Origin: a virus
Taxonomy: Duplodnaviria > Caudoviricetes
Strand: one strand, 5' to 3'
DNA length: 46,671 nucleotides
Virus record (IMG/VR): IMGVR_UViG_3300030207_004498
Location: 1 to 46,671 of that record
Shown: piece by piece, positions 16,237 through 28,100 of the stretch
Position numbering within the stretch: the stretch's first letter is position 1
How the letters are laid out: each line of letters begins with the position of its first letter
Translations under genes and position numbers: made by a program
Notes under the pieces: model-generated
Seen by the model: only the letters and a program-made list of their open reading frames with translations
Told to the model about the DNA's origin: nothing
Database searches by the model: none

Positions 16237-17505
16237 ATGCCGGATATACCCTACAACGATCAAAAACGCGCAAAGTCTTCTATAAAGTCTTTAAATTTCG
16301 AATTATCAAATTTAAATCCTTCAAATCTGATCACTTTATTCGAGATAGATTTAAATAATTTGTTAAAAAATAGTGGCATTAACCTACAAAGTGAAGCCAC
16401 GCAAGTAGGGATGGGAACTTCTGGCAGTGTTAACTCAAACGTAAACGATGGTATACTTCGCTTTCATAATAACACGAAGGTTTTAAATTCTTTTATCATG
16501 TGGAGAGGTAAACCATATTTCCCAGCTCCGATACAAGCCGAAGGATTTGAATCAACAACAAAAGGAACGCTCCCGCAGCCTACTTTGACTATTGCCAGTC
16601 AATCAGAAACAGGCACCGATCAACTAGCTTTATTAAAGCATCAAATTAGAGAATTTGGAGACATCATCGGAAGTAAAGTAACAAGAAGGAGAACTTTTGC
16701 TAAATACTTAGATAGACAGAATTTTGCCTACAACGCGAGTCTTTCGGAAAAAGCTCAACAACTTCCGCAAGGGTACGAACCAGACCCTTACGCCCAGTTA
16801 CCCGAAGATGTTTATTTCATCGAAAGAAAGCAAACGGAGAATAAAAACGTAATCACCTATCAGCTTTCTTCAGTCTTAGACACAGAAGGCACTAAACTTC
16901 CAAAAAGAGTAATTGTTTCTGATAAATGCGTTTGGCAATACAGGGGCATAGGTTGCTGGTACCAACACGCGGAAGAAAAAGAAAAAGCCGCGTCATCACC
17001 TTACCGTCTTGATTATGACGATCCAAACTTTCCGCCAATACTTAAAAAAGCGGAAATATCTAAACTAGGTAATCCGACACAAAATTACGGGCTTCCCGTT
17101 ACCGCTCGGCCAGTTGCGAACGATAAAGATGAGAGGATAGACTCTTTAATAGGATACCCAACTTTACTAGGAACAGGGGCAGAATGGAACGCATCTACTT
17201 CTTATAAAGTAGGTGACGTAGTTTATATTATAAATAGAGATGCAGATAACATTAAATATTATTTTGTGTGCAAAAAAGAAATTTCATTAGCTGCAGACGA
17301 GAAGGGAACTGCTTTCGCTCCCCCTAAATCAGAATATTGGATAGCGGACGAATGCTCAAAATCTTTAACCGGATGCAGGCTAAGATGGGGCTCCTCTAAA
17401 GGTAGCGTAAATGCCGGAAGTAACAGCTCGGTGGGATGCTCTATAAGAAAGGGGGAACTCCCTTTTGGAGGATTCCCAGCGGCGCGTAAAATACAAAATA
17501 GTTAA
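16237..17505 (+). CDS. Lambda gpL-like minor tail protein L
   Basis: ITLFEIDL, PIQAEGFE, LPQPTLTI, VTRRRTFAKYLD..NF, CVWQYRGIGC, DECSKSLTGCRLR (four Fe-S Cys), LPFGGFP. Confidence 0.93.
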   Translation: MPDIPYNDQKRAKSSIKSLNFELSNLNPSNLITLFEIDLNNLLKNSGINLQSEATQVGMGTSGSVNSNVNDGILRFHNNTKVLNSFIMWRGKPYFPAPIQAEGFESTTKGTLPQPTLTIASQSETGTDQLALLKHQIREFGDIIGSKVTRRRTFAKYLDRQNFAYNASLSEKAQQLPQGYEPDPYAQLPEDVYFIERKQTENKNVITYQLSSVLDTEGTKLPKRVIVSDKCVWQYRGIGCWYQHAEEKEKAASSPYRLDYDDPNFPPILKKAEISKLGNPTQNYGLPVTARPVANDKDERIDSLIGYPTLLGTGAEWNASTSYKVGDVVYIINRDADNIKYYFVCKKEISLAADEKGTAFAPPKSEYWIADECSKSLTGCRLRWGSSKGSVNAGSNSSVGCSIRKGELPFGGFPAARKIQNS

Positions 17506-17511
17506 GCAAGG

Positions 17512-18252
17512 ATGATTCTAAACGAACATATAAAATTCGCCATAAAACAACATGCTCTGAAAGAAAGCCCAAGAGAGTGCTGCGGCTTATTGCTAAAATC
17601 AACCGAAGGACTCGGCATACAAACCTGCAGGAACGTATCAGAAAAACCAGATAAACACTTTTCTATTTCGGCAAAAGATTATTTAAGGGCTTCGATGAGA
17701 GGGAGCGTCGAAGGGGTGTATCATTCTCATATTTCTAACAATGATAAATTCTCTCCTAATGATATTTTACATAGCAGAGCACACAAAGTGCCTTTCGTTC
17801 TTTATTGCCAAGGCAAAGATTCTTTTTCAACTTTCGATCCAGAAAGAAGCAAAACTTTTTTATACGATCGAATTTTCAAAATAGGCGAAAGCGACTGCTA
17901 TACTTTTGTAAAAGAATATTATTCAGATTTAGGAATAAAGCTTCATGGCTACAACAACTTAGGTAATGACTGGCACAAGAAAAACCCTAACTTAATTCAG
18001 GATTTATTCGACCTAAATGATAATGATCCCGATTTACCGATATTCGAACTTGACGCTAAATCAGAAATTAAAAAGCATGATGTTTTAGTTTTTGAGTTTA
18101 TAAAAGGAGCAGGAGCAAATCACGTAGCGGTGTATTTAGGTGATGGCGAAATAATGCATCACCCTAGAAACAAGTACCTTTGTATAGAGCCTTTAGGCCG
18201 CGTTTTAAAAAATAAAATGATAAAGATATATCGTCATGAGCAATTTAGTTAA
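17512..18252 (+). CDS. Lambda gpK-like tail assembly protein (JAB/MPN + NlpC/P60)
   Basis: PRECCGL, YHSH...SPND, DCYTFVKEYY, NHVAVYLGDGEIMHH. Confidence 0.93.
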   Translation: MILNEHIKFAIKQHALKESPRECCGLLLKSTEGLGIQTCRNVSEKPDKHFSISAKDYLRASMRGSVEGVYHSHISNNDKFSPNDILHSRAHKVPFVLYCQGKDSFSTFDPERSKTFLYDRIFKIGESDCYTFVKEYYSDLGIKLHGYNNLGNDWHKKNPNLIQDLFDLNDNDPDLPIFELDAKSEIKKHDVLVFEFIKGAGANHVAVYLGDGEIMHHPRNKYLCIEPLGRVLKNKMIKIYRHEQFS

Positions 18253-19006
18253 TGTAAAAATTCATGGAGTTTTAGCTGATCAACTCGGAAGATCTGAATG
18301 GAAACTAGCTGTGAATAGCGTCGGGGAAGCTGTTCGAGCTATCGAATGCAATAGCCAAAAGTTGTACAAACAGCTAATGGAAAACGATAAGAAAAACATA
18401 AAATATCGTATTCTTATTAACGAAAAAGATTTTTTAATGGAGGAGGGCAAAGACCCTGAATCACTAGACGATATATTTGAATCAGAATTAGTTTTAGAAA
18501 AAAACAATTTAAAAAGTATAGATATAGTTCCAGTTATAGAAGGGTCTGATGATATTATGTCTATTATAACTATAGTTGTAGGGATAGCCTTAATAGCTAC
18601 CGGCATGGGGGCGGGATTAGGTATGGGCATAGTTGTAAAATCAGCAGGAATGAAAGCCGCTTTAGTAATGGGAGGTATTGGGCTCGTAGCCGCTGGCGTT
18701 ACAAACCTTTTAACTCCCATGCCTAAATTTGGCGATTTTAGAGAAATAGAAGGCGGCGGATCGCGATCTTATATATTTAATGGACCTGAAAATACTATAA
18801 GAGAAGGCGGCCCTGTTTTTGTAGGTTACGGCAGGTTATTAATAGGAAGTCACGTTATTCAATCGGCCCTTGACACTGTCGATACAGATGCTGAAGTGGC
18901 CCCCAAAGACACTTGGGGCGAAACCAAGTACGGTCTTCTTTACAATATACCTAATGCAGGTCAATTGCTTGAGGCTAGAACACAGACATGGAATGGTAAT
19001 AACTAA
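18236..19006 (+). CDS. Lambda gpI-like tail assembly protein
   Basis: VKIHGVL, IDIVPVIEGS, Gly-rich hydrophobic hairpin, SYIFNGPENT...GGPVFVGYGRLLIGS. Confidence 0.9.
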   Translation: MSNLVNVKIHGVLADQLGRSEWKLAVNSVGEAVRAIECNSQKLYKQLMENDKKNIKYRILINEKDFLMEEGKDPESLDDIFESELVLEKNNLKSIDIVPVIEGSDDIMSIITIVVGIALIATGMGAGLGMGIVVKSAGMKAALVMGGIGLVAAGVTNLLTPMPKFGDFREIEGGGSRSYIFNGPENTIREGGPVFVGYGRLLIGSHVIQSALDTVDTDAEVAPKDTWGETKYGLLYNIPNAGQLLEARTQTWNGNN

Positions 19007-22000
19007 TGGGTAAAAAGAAAAAACAAAAACAAGCACGGCCAGTAGTTACAGACGTAGCAGCTGTAAGAAATGCGGATGGCGAGTTCGTAGTATCTCGATC
19101 CTTTTCTGAAGTTGTTGACTTACTTAGCGAAGGGGTAATAGAAGGTCTCGCTTCTGGCGACTATAACTATGTAGGTAAAGCAGGAGAAACAGGTTACGAA
19201 TCGGTAAGTTTTTCTCAATGGACAGCCACGGGGGTAGATGGACCTACGGCAGAGCTAGGCTTTCTTCAATCTATATATTGGAACCGAATTCCGGTTGTCG
19301 ACAAGGATGGGTTTTATAATTTTGCATCTGTTAATGTAGAAACAACTAAAGGTCTTCCCGAGGGGGCAATACCAAATTTCAACCCGCTAATGAATTCTTA
19401 CGCGGATTTTAACCAAGCGGGTACTCCATCAGCTTCTGACGTGCTAGACCTTTCCGTAAACAGGCCCGTAGGAGAAAGGCTGTATGGCCCAGAAATACAA
19501 GGCGGAGAAAGTGCCCCTACTGATAAAATTGCGGCACAATTAAAACCGGGGGTAAAAATAGATAAATATGCTAAGACTTATACTATCCTAAACAAAGAAC
19601 TGCAAAAGCTAGCAGTTAACATAAAAATTAATGCTCTCTTTGAGTCCGTGCAAGCAGGGCCGAAAACTTATAAAAAATCAAAATACCTAAGTAAATGCAA
19701 CAGAGCTTCTAGCGGTTTTGGAGATCAAAAAGCACGAACAATCGAATACAATATATATTATAGGCCAGTTTTTGACCAACGGTTCAGTCCTGCGGATCAA
19801 GCAGGCCGCACCGTGCCTCCTATATCATCTCTCTGGCAAGGCCCAATCAAAGAGACCGTAACGGGAAGGCTAGATCAACCTTACATTAGGTCTACTTTAA
19901 TAGATCTTTCCGACAGTGAATTTTCTGATTCTGAAGGTTTCGAAGGGTGGGAAATAAGAATTGTAAGAATAACACCAGAGCCACTTACATCTTTTTACAG
20001 GGCTGTTTCTTTTGTTGATGGTTTTGTTGAAATATTTGGAACCAAACTAAGGTATCCATATAGCTCAATGACTTATTCCCAATTTGACGCTAGAAACTTT
20101 TCCAGAGTTCCCTCTCGCGCTTATGATGCAAAATTAATTAAAGTTAAGATACCTAATAATTACAACCCATTCTTAAAAACTTACGGAAAAAGTTCCGCCG
20201 CTGTCGGCACAATGCAAGGAGAAGCGGGATCAAAAATTTCCGACGGAAATAGGACAAATTCAAACTACGACGGGATCAGCTCTTGGTCTAAAAGGAGCGT
20301 TATTGATCCTGAATGGGATGGAGGTTTTGCAACTATAGATGGCAGCGCAGGCTCTCAACCCGCTAGAGTATGGACGGATAATCCAGCTTGGTGCTTTTAC
20401 GATTTAATTACAAATCCTCGGTACGGGCTTGGTGAGTTCATTGACGAGTCTCAAGTCGATAAATGGTCTCTTTATGAAATTGCAAAGTATTGCGACGAAC
20501 TTGTCCCCGATACATATGGAAGCTTAGAGCCAAGGTTCACAATAAACTATTTAATAACCTCAAGAGAAGAAGCTTTTAAAGTTTTAAATGATCTTACTTC
20601 TATTTTTCGGGGTATAGCCTACTATTCGAATGGAAGTATTTTCGCCGTTCAAGATAGATATAAATCAGCAGTTTATCAATTTAACAATTCTAATGTCCTT
20701 GAGGGAGATTTCACATATTCAAGCTCTTCAAAAAGGGCTCGCCATAGTGTTGCAATTGTAAGGTATAACGATAAAAGAAACTTATTCCAGCCAGCTATCG
20801 AATACGTAGAAGATGAAGAATCTGTAAGACGGTATGGAATCAGCGAGGTTGAAACCACGGCCTTAGGATGCACTAGCAGAGGTCAGGCTAGAAGGTTTGC
20901 AGATTGGATATTGAAATCTGAAGCTTTAGAAACCGAAACTGTTTCCTTCTCTGTTGGAGCAGATGGCGCTTATTTAAGGCCCGGTGACGTAGTTCAAATT
21001 TATGATAATTTCAGAAGTCCTTTAAAATATAGCGGCCGAACTAATGCCGTCATCAAAGGGTCTGAAGCTGACGTAACTAGCACCAATGGAGTGGCAACTC
21101 AACAAGGAAACAAATACAGCAGCTCTTCTAATTTTAATACTATAATATTAGATCAAGGTTTAAATTTTACTAGCGACAAAAGCTATAAATTTTCTTTATT
21201 GACTCCAACTTACAATACAGCAACTGGAGACGAAACTGAAGTAAGAAGATCTCAAATCCAAACAGCTACTTTTAGCGGCGTAGACGCTATGCCAATCACC
21301 GGCAACTTTAGGTCTGATGAGACGGGGGTATGCACCCAAATTACCTTCAATACAGGTACGCTTTTTGGGGGTACTGGCAACGCCTTTGATTTCGATAATT
21401 ATGTAATTACGGGATACATTAATACGGGAGTCTGGGTAAAAGGAACGGTAGAGAATATGAGAGTCGAAGAGCAAGGGTATTCCGGCGGCTGCTTCTCTGG
21501 AGAAAATTTAATTTGGAGTATAGAACCCACGGACAAAAATGATACAGAATTTATTAGCGGCCATTACTCTAATTATAAAGTTATAAATATAAAAGAAGAA
21601 GAGGATACATACTCCATTTCAGCTTTAGCCTACTCTACCGGAAAATATAATGCAATAGAAGATGACAAAGTTACGTCTGCAAGCAAAATTGACCCACCTT
21701 CTTTTCTGACAGGAGATAGCGTTTCTAGTTCTAGTAGTTTAAGTGCTGGAACATTTGAGATTGGAACGATGTTGAATATCTCTCAAGATACAGCATTTGC
21801 CGGATCGAGTACTGAGGTTAGCGATGCTGACCCCTATGATAGTATTAAAGTTACATTTTCTGTAGCCGCAGCTTCTCTATCAGACGTCAAAGAAGTTGAA
21901 GGAAAAGGGCCGACAGCAAATAAGAAATCTTATATTATTAAAGATGGCATTAAACAGGATGAGCTACCTATTAAATATGTAGTAGCTTTATTTACAGACA

Positions 22001-24288
22001 TAAATGATATCCCCTCAGACGACCAAGTTACAAACGACGATACTTTAAAAATAGTAGACCCGTTAAGATTCGCCGATTACACCCCGTACATAACAGAGAC
22101 TATACCCAACGAGTCTGTGCCTCATAGGCTTGTCGAAGATAATGTGCAAAACAATCAAATGGTTACTGAATATCTTACAGCACCAAATATAACAACTTAC
22201 TGGATTGCGGTATTCGCTTTATCAGAAAATGGAGCTTGCTCATACGGCATGATTAGACGCAAAAGCGGAATCGAATCAACTAAAACACTTAGTGAAGTAC
22301 AAGGAGTAAGTATAACTAATTTAACATCCGAGGGCATTGAACCGGCTAATATACAAACCGTAAATCTCTTAGAGTCGGTAGAGCCCGGATTTTCATGGCA
22401 AAAAAGCACAAAAGGAGTGCTTTTCAGCACCCCGTCAGATGAACCAAACCATTTTGAAGTAAGCCTTCCTGATTCAACAAATCAATACAGAATAACATTA
22501 AGGGAACCAGCTGAGACAACTAAGCCCAACACGCCCTCTGATCAAATTTATTTAGAATTTACTGGGTATCAATCATTGTCAAACGAGGGAAACTTTGTCT
22601 TTGAAAGAACGTTCAATGATCCAAATAGTATTAAGTCTATAATTACAGGCAGCGGATACGGCTGGAAAACGCAACAAGCAATGAATGGGACAAATGATCT
22701 CGCTGACTGGATAGGACTTTCTACCGATGATAAATATAAAGCGGGCGCAGATTGGTTTTCTGCATCAGGAAATGGAGGCCTCAATGAAGAAGGAAACTTT
22801 GAAATATCAGGACAAAACTACGGTGTTAACATCAATTCTGGATTAGCCGAACATTTTCCACTAAGAGAATTTGACATAGTGGTAGAAGCTCAAGGCGGCA
22901 GGGGATTTACCAGCGCTGGAAATGAACCTTATGAGGGCACTTTACTTGGAGGAGCGGAAACTTTCCCGGCTAATAGCTCTTATGATATTTTTGGCGCCAA
23001 AATAGAAGCTCCAAGCGGCGTATTTTTTGCTCAAACAATAGCTGATAAAGAGTTATCTTTAAGATATGGATTCATAGACCCGTTTGTAGCAGGAGAAAAA
23101 CTTTTCCCTTACGTTGCTTCTGCCGCTATTTTCCCTAATGGGTATCTAGAAATACAACTTCAAAATTCGATAACTGGAACCGCGCAACTTCCAGTTATGT
23201 CTGAAGATGAAATAGACATATTTTTTAACAATAGCGCTGGCTTAATTTATTATTACACAACTGGCGACAATAGAATTGACTATATTGATTCTGTTCCGAG
23301 GCCTCTTAACAGGGCTCCTAGCTTTGTTATATCACCTGATGGAGCAGCCCTTTTTAGCAACGAAAATAAATTTGGGTCCATATCCCAACAACCAACCGCC
23401 CCGACTTTTTATGAAGCGGGAGATAACGAAGGAGAGGTTGAAGTTTCAGCTAAAGCATTTGGGGGTGTTGTAGACTTAGCAGGATATACTGGAAATTACG
23501 CTGATGGTGGCAAATCAAATGTACATAGAGGATTTTACATCTTTAGCGAGGGAGATACTTTGGAGTCATTACGTATTCCTTTTCCTAATATCAATAAAGC
23601 GACTGTTGAAAACATAAATTTAGCTTTTGGGTTCATCGATGACCTACACGTACTCTCTGCTTTTGAAGAAGACGGACAAACACCCATACTCTTAACGCCA
23701 CCTGACGGCGAAGGTTTGTTTAAAACTCCTAAAATTTTCTCCGAGAAAAGTGTTAATTACTCAACCGTAGCATTACAGCCAGATAGCATATCTTTTCAAA
23801 AATTGGAAAGCAAATACTCTAACCTTTTTGTAGATAAGCCCGGAAATAGTATATTCTTAAATGAATCTAGTATAACAAGCGCCGGTGATACCGCTTTAGC
23901 TTTCAGGGCTTGGGGAGAAATCAACATTGAAAACTCAGAGTATATAAAAAAACACAGTCACTACGCAGATAGTAAACAATTAACATTAACTAGAGATTTT
24001 CCCGGGGTCCGAAAAATAGTAACGAAAAATATTCCAAGCATGGACATCAAAGTTAAGAAGGAAACTTATAAAATTGGCAATAAGGACCACTACAATTATA
24101 TTGTAATAGTTTCTATTCAAGGCTTAGCTTCCGTATTTGACGAAAAAAAGATCTCTGTAGTTCTAGGTAATGACAGCGATCCCGTCAATCAGGTCTATCA
24201 AATTATAGATGGACAGATTGTAATAAATTATAGACACCTTGGCGCCTTTGGAAGTTTTACATTTGGAATACTAGTCACAAATGAATAA
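19006..24288 (+). CDS. Lambda gpJ-like tail tip (host specificity) protein
   Basis: DLLSEGVIEGL, YPYSS, WTDNPAWCFYDL..NPRYGLG, DKWSLYEIAKYCDELV, EPRF, GCTSRGQARR, LRPGDVVQIYD; long divergent C-terminal half. Confidence 0.93.
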   Translation: MGKKKKQKQARPVVTDVAAVRNADGEFVVSRSFSEVVDLLSEGVIEGLASGDYNYVGKAGETGYESVSFSQWTATGVDGPTAELGFLQSIYWNRIPVVDKDGFYNFASVNVETTKGLPEGAIPNFNPLMNSYADFNQAGTPSASDVLDLSVNRPVGERLYGPEIQGGESAPTDKIAAQLKPGVKIDKYAKTYTILNKELQKLAVNIKINALFESVQAGPKTYKKSKYLSKCNRASSGFGDQKARTIEYNIYYRPVFDQRFSPADQAGRTVPPISSLWQGPIKETVTGRLDQPYIRSTLIDLSDSEFSDSEGFEGWEIRIVRITPEPLTSFYRAVSFVDGFVEIFGTKLRYPYSSMTYSQFDARNFSRVPSRAYDAKLIKVKIPNNYNPFLKTYGKSSAAVGTMQGEAGSKISDGNRTNSNYDGISSWSKRSVIDPEWDGGFATIDGSAGSQPARVWTDNPAWCFYDLITNPRYGLGEFIDESQVDKWSLYEIAKYCDELVPDTYGSLEPRFTINYLITSREEAFKVLNDLTSIFRGIAYYSNGSIFAVQDRYKSAVYQFNNSNVLEGDFTYSSSSKRARHSVAIVRYNDKRNLFQPAIEYVEDEESVRRYGISEVETTALGCTSRGQARRFADWILKSEALETETVSFSVGADGAYLRPGDVVQIYDNFRSPLKYSGRTNAVIKGSEADVTSTNGVATQQGNKYSSSSNFNTIILDQGLNFTSDKSYKFSLLTPTYNTATGDETEVRRSQIQTATFSGVDAMPITGNFRSDETGVCTQITFNTGTLFGGTGNAFDFDNYVITGYINTGVWVKGTVENMRVEEQGYSGGCFSGENLIWSIEPTDKNDTEFISGHYSNYKVINIKEEEDTYSISALAYSTGKYNAIEDDKVTSASKIDPPSFLTGDSVSSSSSLSAGTFEIGTMLNISQDTAFAGSSTEVSDADPYDSIKVTFSVAAASLSDVKEVEGKGPTANKKSYIIKDGIKQDELPIKYVVALFTDINDIPSDDQVTNDDTLKIVDPLRFADYTPYITETIPNESVPHRLVEDNVQNNQMVTEYLTAPNITTYWIAVFALSENGACSYGMIRRKSGIESTKTLSEVQGVSITNLTSEGIEPANIQTVNLLESVEPGFSWQKSTKGVLFSTPSDEPNHFEVSLPDSTNQYRITLREPAETTKPNTPSDQIYLEFTGYQSLSNEGNFVFERTFNDPNSIKSIITGSGYGWKTQQAMNGTNDLADWIGLSTDDKYKAGADWFSASGNGGLNEEGNFEISGQNYGVNINSGLAEHFPLREFDIVVEAQGGRGFTSAGNEPYEGTLLGGAETFPANSSYDIFGAKIEAPSGVFFAQTIADKELSLRYGFIDPFVAGEKLFPYVASAAIFPNGYLEIQLQNSITGTAQLPVMSEDEIDIFFNNSAGLIYYYTTGDNRIDYIDSVPRPLNRAPSFVISPDGAALFSNENKFGSISQQPTAPTFYEAGDNEGEVEVSAKAFGGVVDLAGYTGNYADGGKSNVHRGFYIFSEGDTLESLRIPFPNINKATVENINLAFGFIDDLHVLSAFEEDGQTPILLTPPDGEGLFKTPKIFSEKSVNYSTVALQPDSISFQKLESKYSNLFVDKPGNSIFLNESSITSAGDTALAFRAWGEINIENSEYIKKHSHYADSKQLTLTRDFPGVRKIVTKNIPSMDIKVKKETYKIGNKDHYNYIVIVSIQGLASVFDEKKISVVLGNDSDPVNQVYQIIDGQIVINYRHLGAFGSFTFGILVTNE

Positions 24289-24297
24289 AATATAACT

Positions 24298-25167
24298 ATG
24301 AAGCCAGAAACATTTGAAGCTTCCATAGAGAAAGGCTCGAATAAATTATACTTAAGATCCTCTTTCGAAGTAGCCGTAAGAAACGGAGCTTTTATTAAGT
24401 TAGGTAGTAATGATGTATTTTATAAAACAGAAAGCGCCGAGAAGATAAACATAAAAAGAAAGTTTTATGCAGACAGCAATAAACTAACAATCAAAGGGAA
24501 CTTTGATTATAAATTGTTTATGGGTGATTCGGCTCAGATTTCTTTTGAAGAGTTTGAAGCCGTTAACTTAGAGAAAATCATTGATCAAACCGGAACATAC
24601 AAAGCCGGAGAGAAGCTCTATGGACAAGGAGGGGTGACCTCAAGCTCTAATGGTAACGTTACTGGAGAATATGCCGAAGCAGAAGTTAAAAAAGTTAATG
24701 AAAACGGAAAAATATTAGAGCTCTCTCTTACTTCTCCGGGCCTTTACATTTCCCAGCCAGAAAACCCCGTTGAATTTATGAATGAAGAAGGGAATACTGT
24801 TAAAGTTGAAACAGAATTTGACTATTCCTCTCAATCGTCTTTAATCGAAAGAGATTTTTCTTTTGTTGAAAGCGATGGCAAAGAAACAGTTATAACCTTA
24901 ACTTATCCGCTGCCAAAAGGAGTAGTAAATGGAGAATTTATCGTTAGCAAACAAGTAATATCTTTAAATAAGAATTACGATGACGAATCTTTTGAAAACG
25001 AAATGTGTCAAATAACTTTCGATTATTCGCCAGTTAACGGTATACCTCTTTTGCCGCCTAATAGTATAGACCCGCAAACTACCTACAATGAAGCAGTTAT
25101 AATCATTGAAAATAAACTGCAAGAATTAGATAAAAGACTCACTAGGATGGAACAAATGAATTTTTAA
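24298..25167 (+). CDS. Hypothetical protein, probably tail-tip associated
   Basis: 289-aa ORF directly after gpJ; beta-rich with a C-terminal coiled coil; stop overlaps the tape measure stop at TTAA. Confidence 0.7.
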   Translation: MKPETFEASIEKGSNKLYLRSSFEVAVRNGAFIKLGSNDVFYKTESAEKINIKRKFYADSNKLTIKGNFDYKLFMGDSAQISFEEFEAVNLEKIIDQTGTYKAGEKLYGQGGVTSSSNGNVTGEYAEAEVKKVNENGKILELSLTSPGLYISQPENPVEFMNEEGNTVKVETEFDYSSQSSLIERDFSFVESDGKETVITLTYPLPKGVVNGEFIVSKQVISLNKNYDDESFENEMCQITFDYSPVNGIPLLPPNSIDPQTTYNEAVIIIENKLQELDKRLTRMEQMNF

Positions 25168-28100
25168 GGCGTTCCAGTAGTACTTCTGTTTAACAAACCT
25201 CCCGGACGTTGCTGTCTTACGATTTCTTGTAAAACAACTCCCTGCAAAACCTCACCAAGTTCTTTATTATCATTGATTTCAGCTTGTTGATCCTTTTCTG
25301 ATGGACCACCTTGTTGACTTGTTGCAGATCCTTCGGCGGTTGCTTTTCCTTCCTTATCTATATTTACATTTATGCTAACGTTGTTTGTAGTGCTGCCGCC
25401 AACCATGCCGCCACCACTGGCTGCTGGAGCAGAGCCAACTAAACCGCCAGAAGCGTAACCGGGGACATTACCGCGATTAAGCTCTGTCATGAAGTTGATG
25501 CCATGAGTCCTAACTGCTTCAGCGCTCATCATGTACTCTCCGCCCGTGGTAGCTATTATGCCGCCGTTAGCCTTACCACCTTGGTTTGTTCCCGCGTACA
25601 TAGAGCCAGTCGCTTTGATTTGAGAGGCTACATTAGCAGCGTCAGCAGCAGCCACCGCACCTTCTCCTGTCACGCCACTCAGATGCGGCGCTGCATTCCC
25701 CGCGGCAGCAAATTTACCCATCATATGCGCACCACCAATTAACATAGCGGCGTTTGCATAGGCTTGAATCAAGTTCCCGCGCTTTTTCCTTTCTACAGCT
25801 TTTACTGCGGCTCTTCTTCTGTCCGTCTCCTGTGCTAAGTACCCTTGGTACTTGGACATCGCCTCTTCCTTTTGGAACATCCTCGCAGTTTGCGGGTCGT
25901 CATCTCCAAGCCTCCCCAAAAGAGATAATCTATCACTTACTTCAAATCTTCCCTCTGTAGGTCGAGCTCTTTCGCTTATTAATTGTCCTGTTTGAGGATC
26001 TCTGCGATAATATACATAAGCTTTATTTAAAGAGACGCTAGCTCTACCCGCTCCTCCGCTTATCATATCTGGCCCTCGCGAGTCAGGGTCTGCTCCGCCT
26101 AAATAGCCGTGCTTACTACGGCCGAAGCCGTAATTTTGCGAAGGAGCTGGGCTAGGAGAGCCCGGCTGCATTGCTGAGCTGAGAAGACCAGAAGCCGCAC
26201 TTGCTCCCGCCGCTATCAAACCAACTTTACCCATTGACATACCCCCATTGGCCATTCCATTAATAGCATTTAAAGTAGGTACGCCTATTTTATTTACAGC
26301 TGCTTTTTTAATTACAAATTCCCCGCCAGTTGCGTGTATCGGCACATCATCTTTGTAACCCGACCCACCGACAATCAATCCGCCAGAATTATAGCCGGGA
26401 ACGTAACCACCTTGAGCCATCCCTCCCATCCCCATTCGCTGGAATAGCATACTAGAAAACATGTTAGTAGACACTTGAGAAATAGAATCTAGAACATTTT
26501 GGGCCATCATCGCGATAGCCTCGCCAGCAGTAGCAGAACCGCTAGCTATAGAGCGAAATGCGTCCGCAAAAGATGACTTCATGGTTTGAGCTACCTGACG
26601 ACTGCCATTTTCAAAATCTTCTAGTACATCTACGGGGTTAGAGCCAAACTCATTTATAAAACCAGCCCGGAAAGCTCTACCCATATCTCCCTTTTGTACC
26701 CCTCTATTGGCAATGTCCGCAGCTAAGGAAGCGGAAAAAGCAGCGTTTCTGCCTCGAGTGCCCAATCTACCAGATTTCATTAAAGCTTCAGCCTCTGCGA
26801 GCTCTGCAGAAGCTAAAGAAGCTTTTATTGCTCTTTGCTCTGCTCTTTTTGCTGTATTTAGCTCATATTGCAGCTTTATACTTTCTTTAGTTACTCTAAA
26901 CTGTTCCTCAGCTATAGCTTTGGCATTTGTTTCGCCTTCGGTAGCTGCGTCTATAGCTTTATTATATTTCTCTTGTGAATTCCTAAGGGTATCTATAATA
27001 TTTTGGAGTTGATCCAAGCCCACTTGATTAGCAGCGCCCTCCTCTCCAAACATAATCCCTTTTTCCAACTTCATACCCTTTATCCCAGCTAATCTCTCAA
27101 TTAACCTGTCTATTTGCGCTTGATCGTCCCCTTTTTGTATACTTTCTCTTAAGGTCGTGAAAGCCCCTAATGCCTTAGCTGCTTCAGCTCCACCGAACCC
27201 CCCACCCTCAATAAACTTAACTGCGTTCATTCCTTTCAAGCCTTGCATAACACCAACCTCCAAAGCTTTATCAGCTATACCTACAGCATTTTCTCTCTCT
27301 AATTCGGCGGCGCTAATAGCTTCTCTTCTCACTACAGAGGCAACCCCAAGAGAATTTTGCCTTGCGCCAGCTTGAGCTATTCTTAAGCCTGAGCCCAACC
27401 CAAACATAGCCCTGCTTTGCGTGGCATCTCTAGTCAGTGTAGCTAGAGCCCTTTCAGCCTCGTGTACCTTTTGTCTATATGACTCTTGAGCCTTCATAGC
27501 TTCAAGTAAGGTTTGTAAGTAAGCGCTTTTTTTCTGTGCAGCTTCTTCTTCTAGATCGGTATTCTCCTTAACAGCTTTATTGTATGCTTCTTGGTCACTG
27601 AATCCAGCTATGATCACGTTCATGTACTGAGCTACAGCTTGGTTTCTTTCCTCTATAGCCTGAGGAACAGACATACCTGCATCCGTCTTAGATTTCACAT
27701 CAGCAGCTAATTGCTTAAAAAATGGCGACTGACTTGAGTCTAAGTCGCCTTCACTTATATTTAAAAGTCGAGCTATTTGCTCTTGCCCCATTGTCCTATC
27801 CATCCGCTTGCCTCCAGCTAAGGACGGAGCAACTATATCTTCTAAAGCTATACCCTCTGCAGCTAATCTAGCATAAACTGACTCCGGACTAAAACCTTTT
27901 TGCTTAGTCAATCTCGCTAAAAAATCTTCACCAGCACGTTTACCGAAATCAGTACCTGATAAAGTTCTTGTACCCCCTAACACTTCATCTGATAAAGTTT
28001 TCACTTTCATACTAGCGTTGTGACTGTCTTTGAGACCAAAAACCCTAGCAGCTTCATTGTCTAAGTTTTTTTCAACCTGATTATAGGTTATACTTCCTTG

